From the IMG/VR virus record IMGVR_UViG_3300025168_016729, positions 637 through 64,636 of that record: DNA of 64,000 bases; one strand, written 5' to 3'. The position numbers were made by a program, and so were the translations under genes. Shown here piece by piece: positions 1-7,882 of this stretch. The stretch's first letter is position 1. Every line of letters begins with the position of its first letter. This stretch comes from a virus. Lineage: Duplodnaviria > Caudoviricetes. The notes below the pieces were generated by a model, which did no database searches, was not told the DNA's origin, and saw only the letters and a list, made by a program, of their open reading frames with translations.

Positions 1-250
1 TGACACCACGAACTTTTGTGCTATATGCTTGTTCGGCGTCAAGATCAGCCATCTTCTCTTCCATAAGGTGGTCGGCTGGGCGTCCTTGGCTTATCCAGTC
101 TTCAACAACAAATACTTTTTGGTCTTCCGACAAATTCCAAAAAACCGCCTGGGAGTCTTCACTGAGACGGGAGGCATATTGCTTGTAGATCTTTTCATTT
201 ACTTTGTGGACTTTTTGAAAGTTCCGCCATTCTGTCATTAACTTTTTCAT
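1..250 (-). CDS. Hypothetical protein (runs off the window edge) with MKKLMTEWRNF leader
   Basis: Not in the ORF track. Translated by hand from the ATG at 250 (TGATG overlap with the upstream stop): MKKLMTEWRNFQKVHKVNEKIYKQYASRLSEDSQAVFW..., open to position 1. Confidence 0.8.
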   Translation of the reverse strand, partial: MKKLMTEWRNFQKVHKVNEKIYKQYASRLSEDSQAVFWNLSEDQKVFVVEDWISQGRPADHLMEEKMADLDAEQAYSTKVRGV

Positions 251-714
251 CACTTGTCTCCGAAGTCGTTTCTTTCCTGCCATTCGTAGGACACGCTGTC
301 TTCTTTAATTGGTCCACCTTTTGCCCAAGTATAACAGGAACGGGCTGAATGGCATTTGAAGTGATGCATCCAACAGTAACCAAGCTCACCGTCATCATCG
401 GAGGTTTCGCCAGGCATACAGTCTTTCATTCGTGGGGAAATATCAAAAGCGACGCAGTTGCCGCAGTTAGACTTCTTGGCTGCTTCTTCGGTTGTGTCCC
501 AATACTTGGCGATGTCTTTCCAGTAATCGCCGGGCTCATCAACGTTTAGAGGACCATACTTGATATGGTCTGCGTGAATAGCAGCATCACGGTTTTTGGT
601 ATTGAGCTTTAAGTCTTGAGTAGCGGGGGGGCAAACATAATCCTTAACCGCTCCAATAACAACTTTCATTTCTTCTTGGAGAAAACTTCTCCACTCTGTC
701 ATTAGTTTTTTCAT
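250..714 (-). CDS. Cys-rich phage protein, probable metal (Zn or Fe-S) binding, with MKKLMTEWRSFLQE leader
   Basis: Track ORF 250..735. The start at 714 is preferred (TAATG overlap with the upstream stop). Motif CGNCVAF...C...GYCWMHHFKC...RSCYTW. Confidence 0.75.
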   Translation of the reverse strand: MKKLMTEWRSFLQEEMKVVIGAVKDYVCPPATQDLKLNTKNRDAAIHADHIKYGPLNVDEPGDYWKDIAKYWDTTEEAAKKSNCGNCVAFDISPRMKDCMPGETSDDDGELGYCWMHHFKCHSARSCYTWAKGGPIKEDSVSYEWQERNDFGDK

Positions 715-1091
715 TACCATGCTTTGCAAGACCAATACCCTGCGGTTGTCTTGTCTCCTTTTTTCATCTTGTCCGCACAGTTGTGACGAGCACGGAAGTT
801 GCTGCGGGCTTCAGGGTTTGATTTTTTGATTTTCATATCAGGGTCGCCGAAGTTTACCTTAACTACGTTTCCCTTTTTGTTCTTAACATAAACTTTAGAT
901 TTTTTTACATCACCTTGCATGGGCTTGTTAAGAGTGACCTTGCGTCCTTGGTACTCTGCCTCTTCTATAACATCATCCCAGAACTCTACGTCTTCGGCAA
1001 GCGTGCCGTCCTCATAGGTCGCATCCGAGATGTGATAATATTCTTCTTCTTCGTTGAGGAACTGTCGCCACTCTGTCAGTAATTTTTTCAT
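714..1091 (-). CDS. Conserved marine-phage basic protein (DUF6321-like) with MKKLLTEWRQFLNE leader
   Basis: AEYQGRKVTLNKP...KVYVKN..G.V.KVNFGDP.M.IK...F.ARH.C...AGYWSC.AW pattern, recognised from memory of T4-like marine phage proteins. Confidence 0.75.
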   Translation of the reverse strand: MKKLLTEWRQFLNEEEEYYHISDATYEDGTLAEDVEFWDDVIEEAEYQGRKVTLNKPMQGDVKKSKVYVKNKKGNVVKVNFGDPDMKIKKSNPEARSNFRARHNCADKMKKGDKTTAGYWSCKAW

Positions 1092-1597
1092 CCTTTTTTA
1101 CCTGCCTTTGATTTTTTGCCGTAGTTACCACTCTTGCTACACGCTGATGGCGTTGGGCGACACTTCGGATATTTTGCTCTATCTTCTCCTGTAGAGCGAC
1201 CACAGGAGCTACATTTCTTTTTGCCTGATTTTTTGTCTTTGCGGCAGGTATTACAATCTACCCAACCCTTTTTTTTACCAGGCGCACCTTTACGACCAAA
1301 CCACTTTCGTAGTCCTTCGCTGTCGGCTTCGGTGAGTTTTGCTATTTCTTCTTCCACAACTTGACGGAGGTAATCGTCCTCTACGCCTTCTTTTTTGCTG
1401 TTGCCCCAATTTTTAGCACCAACCTTACGGCATTTTACAAGAGCACCGGAAGCGTAAGCAGAAGGCCATACGTCATAGCGTGATTTCACTTTATGATAGC
1501 AGGCGTCTTTTTTGCCGCCCTTCTTCTTTTTTTTCTTTTTCTCGTCAAGTAAGGTTTCTTCCACCATACCCCGAAGTTGAGAAATTGTTACTTTCAT
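1088..1597 (-). CDS. Two-module basic phage protein (DUF5872-like)
   Basis: A KKDACYHKVKSRYDVWPSAYASGALVKCRK module and a GLRKWF...WVDC...CGRS...YPKCRP module, joined by an acidic LRQVVEEEI linker. Confidence 0.7.
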   Translation of the reverse strand: MKVTISQLRGMVEETLLDEKKKKKKKGGKKDACYHKVKSRYDVWPSAYASGALVKCRKVGAKNWGNSKKEGVEDDYLRQVVEEEIAKLTEADSEGLRKWFGRKGAPGKKKGWVDCNTCRKDKKSGKKKCSSCGRSTGEDRAKYPKCRPTPSACSKSGNYGKKSKAGKKG

Positions 1598-1606
1598 TTT
1601 GTGCCC

Positions 1607-2554
1607 TCATGCCATTAAAGCAATCTTGAATAAATAGGCATCAGAATCAATAAAAGGCGCTTTGTCTTTACGTTGTTCAAATACATCTAAAGGCATTACC
1701 CCAATATCTTTATAACCTGATGTGTCCATAAGACGAACTTCTACGTCATAAGCCAGCAAAGCTTTAACAAGTTTCATTGCTTTTTTGTGGGCGTCAGCGT
1801 CTAGTCCAAGCAGGACAGGTGTGTCGTTTTTTACGATCTTCCTGAATAGTCTGCTATCTTCTCGCAGGGTTGAGCCAAGCAGTGGGATGCTGTTCTCGCC
1901 AGCAACAATTGCGTCAAAAACACCTTCAACTAAAGTGACCTCTCGTTCCCAGTCAATCAGCAGTTCGTTGAAGATAATGTCTTTGTTCCCTGGTCCGTTC
2001 ATATACGGAGGCCATATGTTAGGATCATATGTTCGGGACGTAAAAAAGTTACAGTAGCCGTCTTCGTCAAATGATGGGAGAATAATTCTATTTTTATATT
2101 CCCCAGAAGCGCAGTAGCCAATCTTCCAGTAAAGGACGTCCTTCTGTTCAACGGCACGTTTGCGTAAATAGTTTAGGGGAACTCTTGCAGATGGTGGATG
2201 AGAACGACCAGTAAGCGTTTGGAACTCACTTGGAAGGTCCAATCGTTGGCTAATTTCTTCTTCCTTGGCAAACAGGTTGTCTAGGTCGCCTAACTCAATG
2301 TCGGCGTCAAAATCCTTCCATCTATGGATGTGACTTATATCGCCCCAGCGCCTGACTAGGCGTCGTAAATTCTTGGCGCGAAAATCACATGCCCAACACT
2401 TACCTACATTCTTGTCAAAGTTGACTGAAAGCTTGCGTTTGTGATGACCGCAACATCGGGAAGGGTAAAGATATTCCTTGCCTTGGCGGGCTGGGCTGCC
2501 AAGAATTTCATCAAGGATTCTTTTTTTCTTCGCCGAGTTAGGATCGTTAAGCAA
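1607..2554 (-). CDS. dnaG: DNA primase (Zn-binding domain + TOPRIM)
   Basis: CCGH...KCWAC zinc ribbon; YLRKR; RIILP; TOPRIM motifs LVEGVFDA, LDADA and KDIG. Confidence 0.9.
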   Translation of the reverse strand: MLNDPNSAKKKRILDEILGSPARQGKEYLYPSRCCGHHKRKLSVNFDKNVGKCWACDFRAKNLRRLVRRWGDISHIHRWKDFDADIELGDLDNLFAKEEEISQRLDLPSEFQTLTGRSHPPSARVPLNYLRKRAVEQKDVLYWKIGYCASGEYKNRIILPSFDEDGYCNFFTSRTYDPNIWPPYMNGPGNKDIIFNELLIDWEREVTLVEGVFDAIVAGENSIPLLGSTLREDSRLFRKIVKNDTPVLLGLDADAHKKAMKLVKALLAYDVEVRLMDTSGYKDIGVMPLDVFEQRKDKAPFIDSDAYLFKIALMA

Positions 2555-2722
2555 TTATTGTTCCTCGTGCTTTGAGATATGATGAGGAGGAACCCAATAT
2601 TTATCGTCACCAAAAAGAACCTGATAATAATTTGTGATAGCACTGACCACGCCGAGGCGTGGTACAGCACCGTCAAAAGTAAACCAAACAAGTTCACCGA
2701 TTTCAAATTTGGTCTCTATCAA
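2555..2722 (-). CDS. 55-aa SH3/Tudor/PWWP-like small protein (absent from the ORF track)
   Basis: The TTG start overlaps the upstream TGA and the TAA abuts the primase start. Translation: MIETKFEIGELVWFTFDGAVPRLGVVSAITNYYQVLFGDDKYWVPPHHISKHEEQ. Confidence 0.75.
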   Translation of the reverse strand: MIETKFEIGELVWFTFDGAVPRLGVVSAITNYYQVLFGDDKYWVPPHHISKHEEQ

Positions 2723-3324
2723 AACCCTAATTCTTTAAGTTGTCTAATCGTATTATCCACATTATCTGGGTTGTGTTTAATAGCAATGCCGCCACCCTCA
2801 CGGAACTCGTTGACATACTTATCACGGTCGTCAATCAGAAGTCCTTGTTTTCCGTTCCAAACTCCGTAGGGCTTCTTGCTGTCAGAAAGATTGACTTTTT
2901 CAACTGGGACGCCCAGTTCTCGCTCAACCCACATCCGCTTGCCAACCTTGGAACCTTCAGCCATCGGAGCAGACAGAATCTCAAGCCCTGGGATATCTTT
3001 AATGTAATTCCAAAGATCTTTGCCGCCACGCTCCCACTCAAGGTTTGCCCAAAGGTCAACGTCGTTTTCTACAAGACGATACATAAAGTCTCGGACCCGA
3101 TAGTTACGGGGCAAGCTCTTTTCTTGATCGGATCGGGCAATATGCCACTTGTCAATCTCAACATCCCAGCCGCCGATCTCTTTGGCTGCCGAACGGGCAA
3201 GTTTGTGATCAGGATGATCGGGTTGATCTTTTAATTCCTGAAAACGTTGGTTCATAAATTTTAGAACGCCACCCTCAAAATTGACGAGGACACCATCCAT
3301 ATCGCTAAAGACTTGGTAACTCAT
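2719..3324 (-). CDS. HAD-family 5'(3')-deoxyribonucleotidase (NT5C-like)
   Basis: Motif I DMDGVL, ILSAP, K..W and LIDD. The ATG at 3324 is preceded by a GGAGG Shine-Dalgarno. Confidence 0.85.
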   Translation of the reverse strand: MSYQVFSDMDGVLVNFEGGVLKFMNQRFQELKDQPDHPDHKLARSAAKEIGGWDVEIDKWHIARSDQEKSLPRNYRVRDFMYRLVENDVDLWANLEWERGGKDLWNYIKDIPGLEILSAPMAEGSKVGKRMWVERELGVPVEKVNLSDSKKPYGVWNGKQGLLIDDRDKYVNEFREGGGIAIKHNPDNVDNTIRQLKELGF

Positions 3325-3346
3325 AGGAGCACCTCCCTTCAACACC

Positions 3347-3374
3347 ATAATACCATATGTTCTTAGTAGGTCAA
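3347..3374 (-). promoter_or_regulatory. sigma70-type (early) promoter for the nucleotidase-primase unit
   Basis: Minus strand TTGACC-N16-TATTAT with an extended -10 TG, lying in the intergenic gap. Confidence 0.65.
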
Positions 3375-3383
3375 GAAGTTTTT

Positions 3384-3818
3384 TTAATCTTCTTTGGCAT
3401 CAAGATAGGCAGCTACTGCCATCTGTTGCTTTTTCTTTTTTGACTTGCCCTTAAACTGTGGGGCATCAGAATCTTGGAAGTCTTTGACGTAATCACCTGC
3501 TTTAGCATCTTTGTCAAGTTTTTCTCCCATAACATGATCATATTCAAGATAATGCTTGACAACACCAATGTAATCAGCTACCTTTGTCAATTTGCTTTGA
3601 ATCCAAGCAGGCAACTCTTCATTATCATCAAGCATGTCAAAAATAATCGTAGCATACTCGGCGGTCTTAAACATTTGTCGCTTGGCCATGTTTCCCTCAT
3701 GATCTTCACTCGCATGGGTGGGATCTATAGCCATATCAATGGACTGTGCATCATCGCTGCACATCTCTTGTATTTCTTCTTTGATCAATTGACGAATAAT
3801 GTCTTGAGAAATCTTCAT
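3384..3818 (-). CDS. Conserved phage hypothetical protein, two modules, with MKISQDIIRQLIKEEI leader
   Basis: A DHEGNMAK...LPAWIQSKLT...HYLEY module plus a DYVKDFQDSDAPQFKGKSK...MAVAAYL module. Confidence 0.75.
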   Translation of the reverse strand: MKISQDIIRQLIKEEIQEMCSDDAQSIDMAIDPTHASEDHEGNMAKRQMFKTAEYATIIFDMLDDNEELPAWIQSKLTKVADYIGVVKHYLEYDHVMGEKLDKDAKAGDYVKDFQDSDAPQFKGKSKKKKQQMAVAAYLDAKED

Positions 3819-3821
3819 GTT

Positions 3822-3829
3822 ATAAATAG
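3822..3829 (-). promoter_or_regulatory. Putative phage late promoter CTATTTAT
   Basis: Lies 3 nt before the ATG at 3818; the motif recurs upstream of many genes in this window. Confidence 0.55.
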
Positions 3830-3833
3830 TTCG

Positions 3834-4412
3834 CTAATCTACTAAAACTATTTTTTCAGTCAGGAATCCCTCAGTATCTTTATTTCGTAAAAGAAATTCT
3901 CCTGCCCTAGCAATGACTACAGCATCGGCTCGGTCATCCGTTCCTTTTTTGTAGTTTTTTCCACCCCTAGCCATTTCATACGGAAAAGATGTTTTTTCTT
4001 TTTCTATGACTGACTCAATTACCATCTTCTTTCTTTGAGGTCCTTTGGTTCCCCTAGGAAACGATAGACCATAAAGAGATCTGGCTGTGTTCACATTTAT
4101 AAACGTAGGCTGGTGGTCAAAGCACTCATATACTATCCACGACACAATACCATTGAATTTAGCTAATTTTATAATAGTATCTGCACGAGATCTACCAGGC
4201 AGAAACTTCTTAAGGGCAGTTTCTATAAACACATCTTGAACATTATACTCGCTTCTAAGGGCATACAAATTAGCGCCAATAGTTTCAGCTTTTTCGTAAA
4301 TGGTTTCTAATTTTGAAATATCCCAGCCCTCAGTCCATACCAAAGAACGAGAGTCAGGGTCTACTATAGCAACGCCAACTATGGTTGTTGAAATGTCTAG
4401 TCCTATTATCAT
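3834..4412 (-). CDS. RuvC-like Holliday junction resolvase
   Basis: RNase H-fold acidic motifs IIGLDISTT, VFIE and DDRADAVVIA. Confidence 0.85.
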   Translation of the reverse strand: MIIGLDISTTIVGVAIVDPDSRSLVWTEGWDISKLETIYEKAETIGANLYALRSEYNVQDVFIETALKKFLPGRSRADTIIKLAKFNGIVSWIVYECFDHQPTFINVNTARSLYGLSFPRGTKGPQRKKMVIESVIEKEKTSFPYEMARGGKNYKKGTDDRADAVVIARAGEFLLRNKDTEGFLTEKIVLVD

Positions 4413-4424
4413 AAGATAAGTATA

Positions 4425-5594
4425 TCAGAAGTCCAAGCGTAGTTTAAATGTAAATTGATCTGTTTCTTCTTTAAGGACAGGGTTGGCCATCTTAGCTACT
4501 CCTATCAGCTTTTTATTTTCATCAAACAGACCTACTGAAGATATAAACACTTGCTTAGAAAATGGACTATTGTATTCACAGTAATCATTTTGTATTGTGT
4601 TTTTAATCAACGCTCCGCTCATTTCCGAGAAAGATCCCGATGTCATACTACTGGATAACTGCCACTCAGAGGAACTGCTCACCCAAGTGGGATTCTCTGA
4701 ATTGGTAAGGTCACCAGCCTGAGCGGTACTAAACATAGTCATAGTTGGTACTGCGTTGGTACCCTTAAATTCCATTTTAAACAAACTGGAACTAGCGTAA
4801 CTATTGGTTGCTCCACCCACAGAGGCATCAGAATAAGCGCCAAAATATACCCAAGCTGGGTTTCTGGGGACGGCTGTTCCAACAAAATCATCTACATTGT
4901 TTGTGATACTCACAGAAGAAGTCAACAATACAAACCCTTGATCGTATAGGACGCTACCAACAACAGAACCGCTTGTGCCATTCATGGTAGATATTAAATC
5001 ACCATTCCGTGTTCTATCTTCAGCTACATCTATAAGTGTTCCCGTAAAATAAAAACTTAGTTTTACCGATCCTCTCTCAATTCCTGAGCCGATCGCGATA
5101 GAAGGAAAACTCAACAAATTAGTATCTCGGGTTACATAATGTTCCGAATAGTCATAGGAGTTATTAATTATTCTATAACTATCCAAAGTGGCTCGGAGGG
5201 AATGAAGTCGGCGTCGCTCTACTGCATTATTGTAAGAACTCAAAACAGACGAAGAGGCGTTTATAAGCTCGCGAGCGAAGCTAGATGTCAGAGGGTAACT
5301 TCCTGTTAAAGTGGACCCATAACTAGATGAAAGGTAGTCCGATAAAGATACCGAGCCAGGTCGGCGATAAGATCCGTCTTTTGTTAAAAATGGATATATT
5401 AAACTTTGATTGGTGCCGTCTCGGTCTACGTTTAATTCATACAGGTTTATAGTGCCCGTAGTTATATTGATACCTTCATTACGTCGGTTATTAATATAAG
5501 CAGAGCCCGAGTAAAGAACTACCTCGTAAGAAGGTCGGGTGACTAACGTATTTGTAAAAAGGTCGTGACTACCGAACTGATGGATGTAGGTCAT
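4425..5594 (-). CDS. Virion baseplate/tail-fibre-attachment protein
   Basis: C-terminal FISSVGLFDENKKLIGVAKMANPVLK...FKLRLDF resembles the C-half of the phage tail-collar fibre domain; Ser/Thr/Gly-rich; paralogous to the next gene. Confidence 0.6.
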   Translation of the reverse strand: MTYIHQFGSHDLFTNTLVTRPSYEVVLYSGSAYINNRRNEGINITTGTINLYELNVDRDGTNQSLIYPFLTKDGSYRRPGSVSLSDYLSSSYGSTLTGSYPLTSSFARELINASSSVLSSYNNAVERRRLHSLRATLDSYRIINNSYDYSEHYVTRDTNLLSFPSIAIGSGIERGSVKLSFYFTGTLIDVAEDRTRNGDLISTMNGTSGSVVGSVLYDQGFVLLTSSVSITNNVDDFVGTAVPRNPAWVYFGAYSDASVGGATNSYASSSLFKMEFKGTNAVPTMTMFSTAQAGDLTNSENPTWVSSSSEWQLSSSMTSGSFSEMSGALIKNTIQNDYCEYNSPFSKQVFISSVGLFDENKKLIGVAKMANPVLKEETDQFTFKLRLDF

Positions 5595-5606
5595 AACTTA
5601 CACCCA

Positions 5607-6785
5607 TTAGTAGTCAAGTCTCACTCGCAACGTAAATTCGTTTGACGGTTGTTTTTTAATTGGCTCGCTGACTTTGGCGACAGCCAACAACGCATTATCG
5701 GGACTGTAAAGACCAACTGATGTTACGTAAGTAGATGGTTCATCACTTCGCATTTCTTTAACCCTAATTTTACTTGCACTGAGGTATGTGGGGTTGCTGC
5801 TATAATTAAATTCATTAGAGTTTGCTCGGCAGAAATAAACCGTAGAGTTGAGTTCCGTTGTATTATTGAACGAAACATTCTGTATACGATTTAAAAATGC
5901 ATTTGCCGAGGAAGAAATTGAAGCACTCACTAGAAGGGAATTAACGCTGGCGTCTCCAATAGTTAATGAAGCACTTTGCATATTAACAAAACCGCAAGTG
6001 CTACCGGCGGTTGGCCAAACGCCGCCATTAACAAGATTATTAGCCAATAGCCCGCCACTCTGCTCAACATTAAAAAGAGAAGCGGTCAGTACAGCAATTC
6101 CAGCTTGATAGTATAGTAGACCGCAAGGATCACCCCCACGACCGGTTCCTTCAGAAACTTTTCGTAACGTAAAATCTGTGCTGCCTGTGGCGTATAAAAT
6201 TCCATAGTCCCCAGCAGGAGAATTTACTTTATAGTTATTAGATCCACTAGCATCCGTAATTGACAAACGGCGGGCGAAGGGATTAGGTCCAGATCCGGTA
6301 GGATCTACACCCAAAATCAAGGAAAATGTTCCCTTTTGTATCTCATCTTTGCTGAGTAATCTAGCCATGTTCACAAAAATTACTTCGCGAAGTTTGTCGG
6401 CTCCCACATCTGAGTCTAAACCATTTTTATCAAATTGAATAATACTTCCTGTAGGGTCATTTCCCGCAAGAACTTGAGCCATTTGATTATAAATTTGCAA
6501 CTTCTGATCTATTTGTGTAGTTGTAGAAGCAGAGAGGTCCGAATATTGACCGATGCCAAAGCTAACATCAAAAATATGATTGGCTGAAGAGCTTAGATAA
6601 GGATAATCATAGATGGAAGTGAACATTCCATGCGAATAATTTTTAACATTAAGAGGATTACCATTACCTACATTTGGACCATAGGTTCCTGAAATAATAG
6701 ACCCTGTAATTGGTATAGCTTCATGAAGATTGGACCGTATTGGTGTGATATCGCTTGCTAAAAGTGTTTTATATGAAGTTGCCAT
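5607..6785 (-). CDS. Virion baseplate/tail-fibre-attachment protein (paralogue of 4425..5594)
   Basis: C-terminal YVTSVGLYSPDNALLAVAKVSEPIKK...LRVRLDY; also shares G..Y..G...L and N.S.NPT motifs with the neighbour. Confidence 0.6.
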   Translation of the reverse strand: MATSYKTLLASDITPIRSNLHEAIPITGSIISGTYGPNVGNGNPLNVKNYSHGMFTSIYDYPYLSSSANHIFDVSFGIGQYSDLSASTTTQIDQKLQIYNQMAQVLAGNDPTGSIIQFDKNGLDSDVGADKLREVIFVNMARLLSKDEIQKGTFSLILGVDPTGSGPNPFARRLSITDASGSNNYKVNSPAGDYGILYATGSTDFTLRKVSEGTGRGGDPCGLLYYQAGIAVLTASLFNVEQSGGLLANNLVNGGVWPTAGSTCGFVNMQSASLTIGDASVNSLLVSASISSSANAFLNRIQNVSFNNTTELNSTVYFCRANSNEFNYSSNPTYLSASKIRVKEMRSDEPSTYVTSVGLYSPDNALLAVAKVSEPIKKQPSNEFTLRVRLDY

Positions 6786-6796
6786 GGTCTATCCTT

Positions 6797-7816
6797 TTAT
6801 ACCTTTTTGATAATTCGTAAAGGGACATCAACACGATATCCAGTAGTGTACCCCGTTAATCTTAGTACCGTATCAATATAATAAAAATTAGTATTGCCAC
6901 CAGAAGCAGGGATTATGGCAGTTCCACCCAGGGTGGTAAAAAGGTTAGTAGAGGTTTGCACGTCTAAACTAGCCCTCAATTTCATACCGAAACGGGTTCC
7001 AAAACGGCCTGTCCCTAGAGTACTATTACCAATAGGTGACTGCTGAGCAGCAGTAACATTACCATTATTTTCTAAGTTAAAGTCATTAACAGTAGCGTTT
7101 GGAGCAAAATAATGAGGATTAGTATTCATCATAAACAAATATGTAGCTACCTGATCGTCGTCAATATATGACGGGGTAGCTACAGTATTTTCGTTTGTAG
7201 AGGGCATTACCTCAAACAAGCGATTGTCCAACTCTAACATATATTGAGTTTCTCGTCGGGGGTCGCCAATGTCCATCATGGCTGCCGATAAATCTACACT
7301 ATCTAGCCCTTGGTCAAAGACAATGGGGCTCTGAGCCTGAACACTATTGGTATCACCCATCAAGACGCCGCTGGCTTTGTCAAGATCGTTAAACGCCTGT
7401 GACGTCGTAATGTCCGCAGTAATTAAATACCCATTATTAGGAACTACGGATGAAAAAGTACTAAAGCGAGATCCCGGAGTGGTTGGCAATTTGAGATTAT
7501 TAAGTTCTATAACTGGAAGATATAGAAAGTCGTTTCGTGTATAGTTGATCAACTTAGAGCGAACCGAGCCGACGTTATTAGTAAACGCCTCCAGTACGGG
7601 AGACTGGAGAATTGATAAATCGTAGTATGCTGATCCACTTGCATGTCTGCCATCTGGGTGGTTACTATTCTCATACAGAGAGTAATCTATTTCGTCATCG
7701 CCGAGGGCGAATTTTGCTATGCGGAAACTTCCATCACCCGCAGCTAAACGACGGCGACCTTCGTCCGTCAATACTGCGTCTAAAATAATATCGCCGCTGT
7801 TATCTATAAATGCCAT
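6797..7816 (-). CDS. Virion baseplate protein
   Basis: N-terminal DAVLTDEGRRRLAAGDGSFRIAKFALGDDEIDY resembles the N-half of the tail-collar fibre domain; structural gene context. Confidence 0.6.
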   Translation of the reverse strand: MAFIDNSGDIILDAVLTDEGRRRLAAGDGSFRIAKFALGDDEIDYSLYENSNHPDGRHASGSAYYDLSILQSPVLEAFTNNVGSVRSKLINYTRNDFLYLPVIELNNLKLPTTPGSRFSTFSSVVPNNGYLITADITTSQAFNDLDKASGVLMGDTNSVQAQSPIVFDQGLDSVDLSAAMMDIGDPRRETQYMLELDNRLFEVMPSTNENTVATPSYIDDDQVATYLFMMNTNPHYFAPNATVNDFNLENNGNVTAAQQSPIGNSTLGTGRFGTRFGMKLRASLDVQTSTNLFTTLGGTAIIPASGGNTNFYYIDTVLRLTGYTTGYRVDVPLRIIKKV

Positions 7817-7850
7817 ATGCTTCCCCTAAAACAAGCTGTTTTGGTTCCTA

Positions 7851-7858
7851 ATAAATAG
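7851..7858 (-). promoter_or_regulatory. Putative late promoter CTATTTAT
   Basis: Intergenic, upstream of an AGGGG SD and the ATG at 7816. Confidence 0.55.
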
Positions 7859-7882
7859 TATCCAAAATATCTTTTTAAATAT

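Noticed and set aside
2404-2869. Track ORFs 2404..2706 (-) and 2579..2869 (+)
   Set aside because: Both overlap confident genes; the 55-aa ORF at 2555..2722 fits the gap exactly.
3821-3829. Canonical T4 late promoter TATAAATA on the plus strand (also at 29471 and 55124)
   Set aside because: It would point antisense to the adjacent genes. The motif follows gene orientation as CTATTTAT, as the plus-strand copy at 60536 shows.
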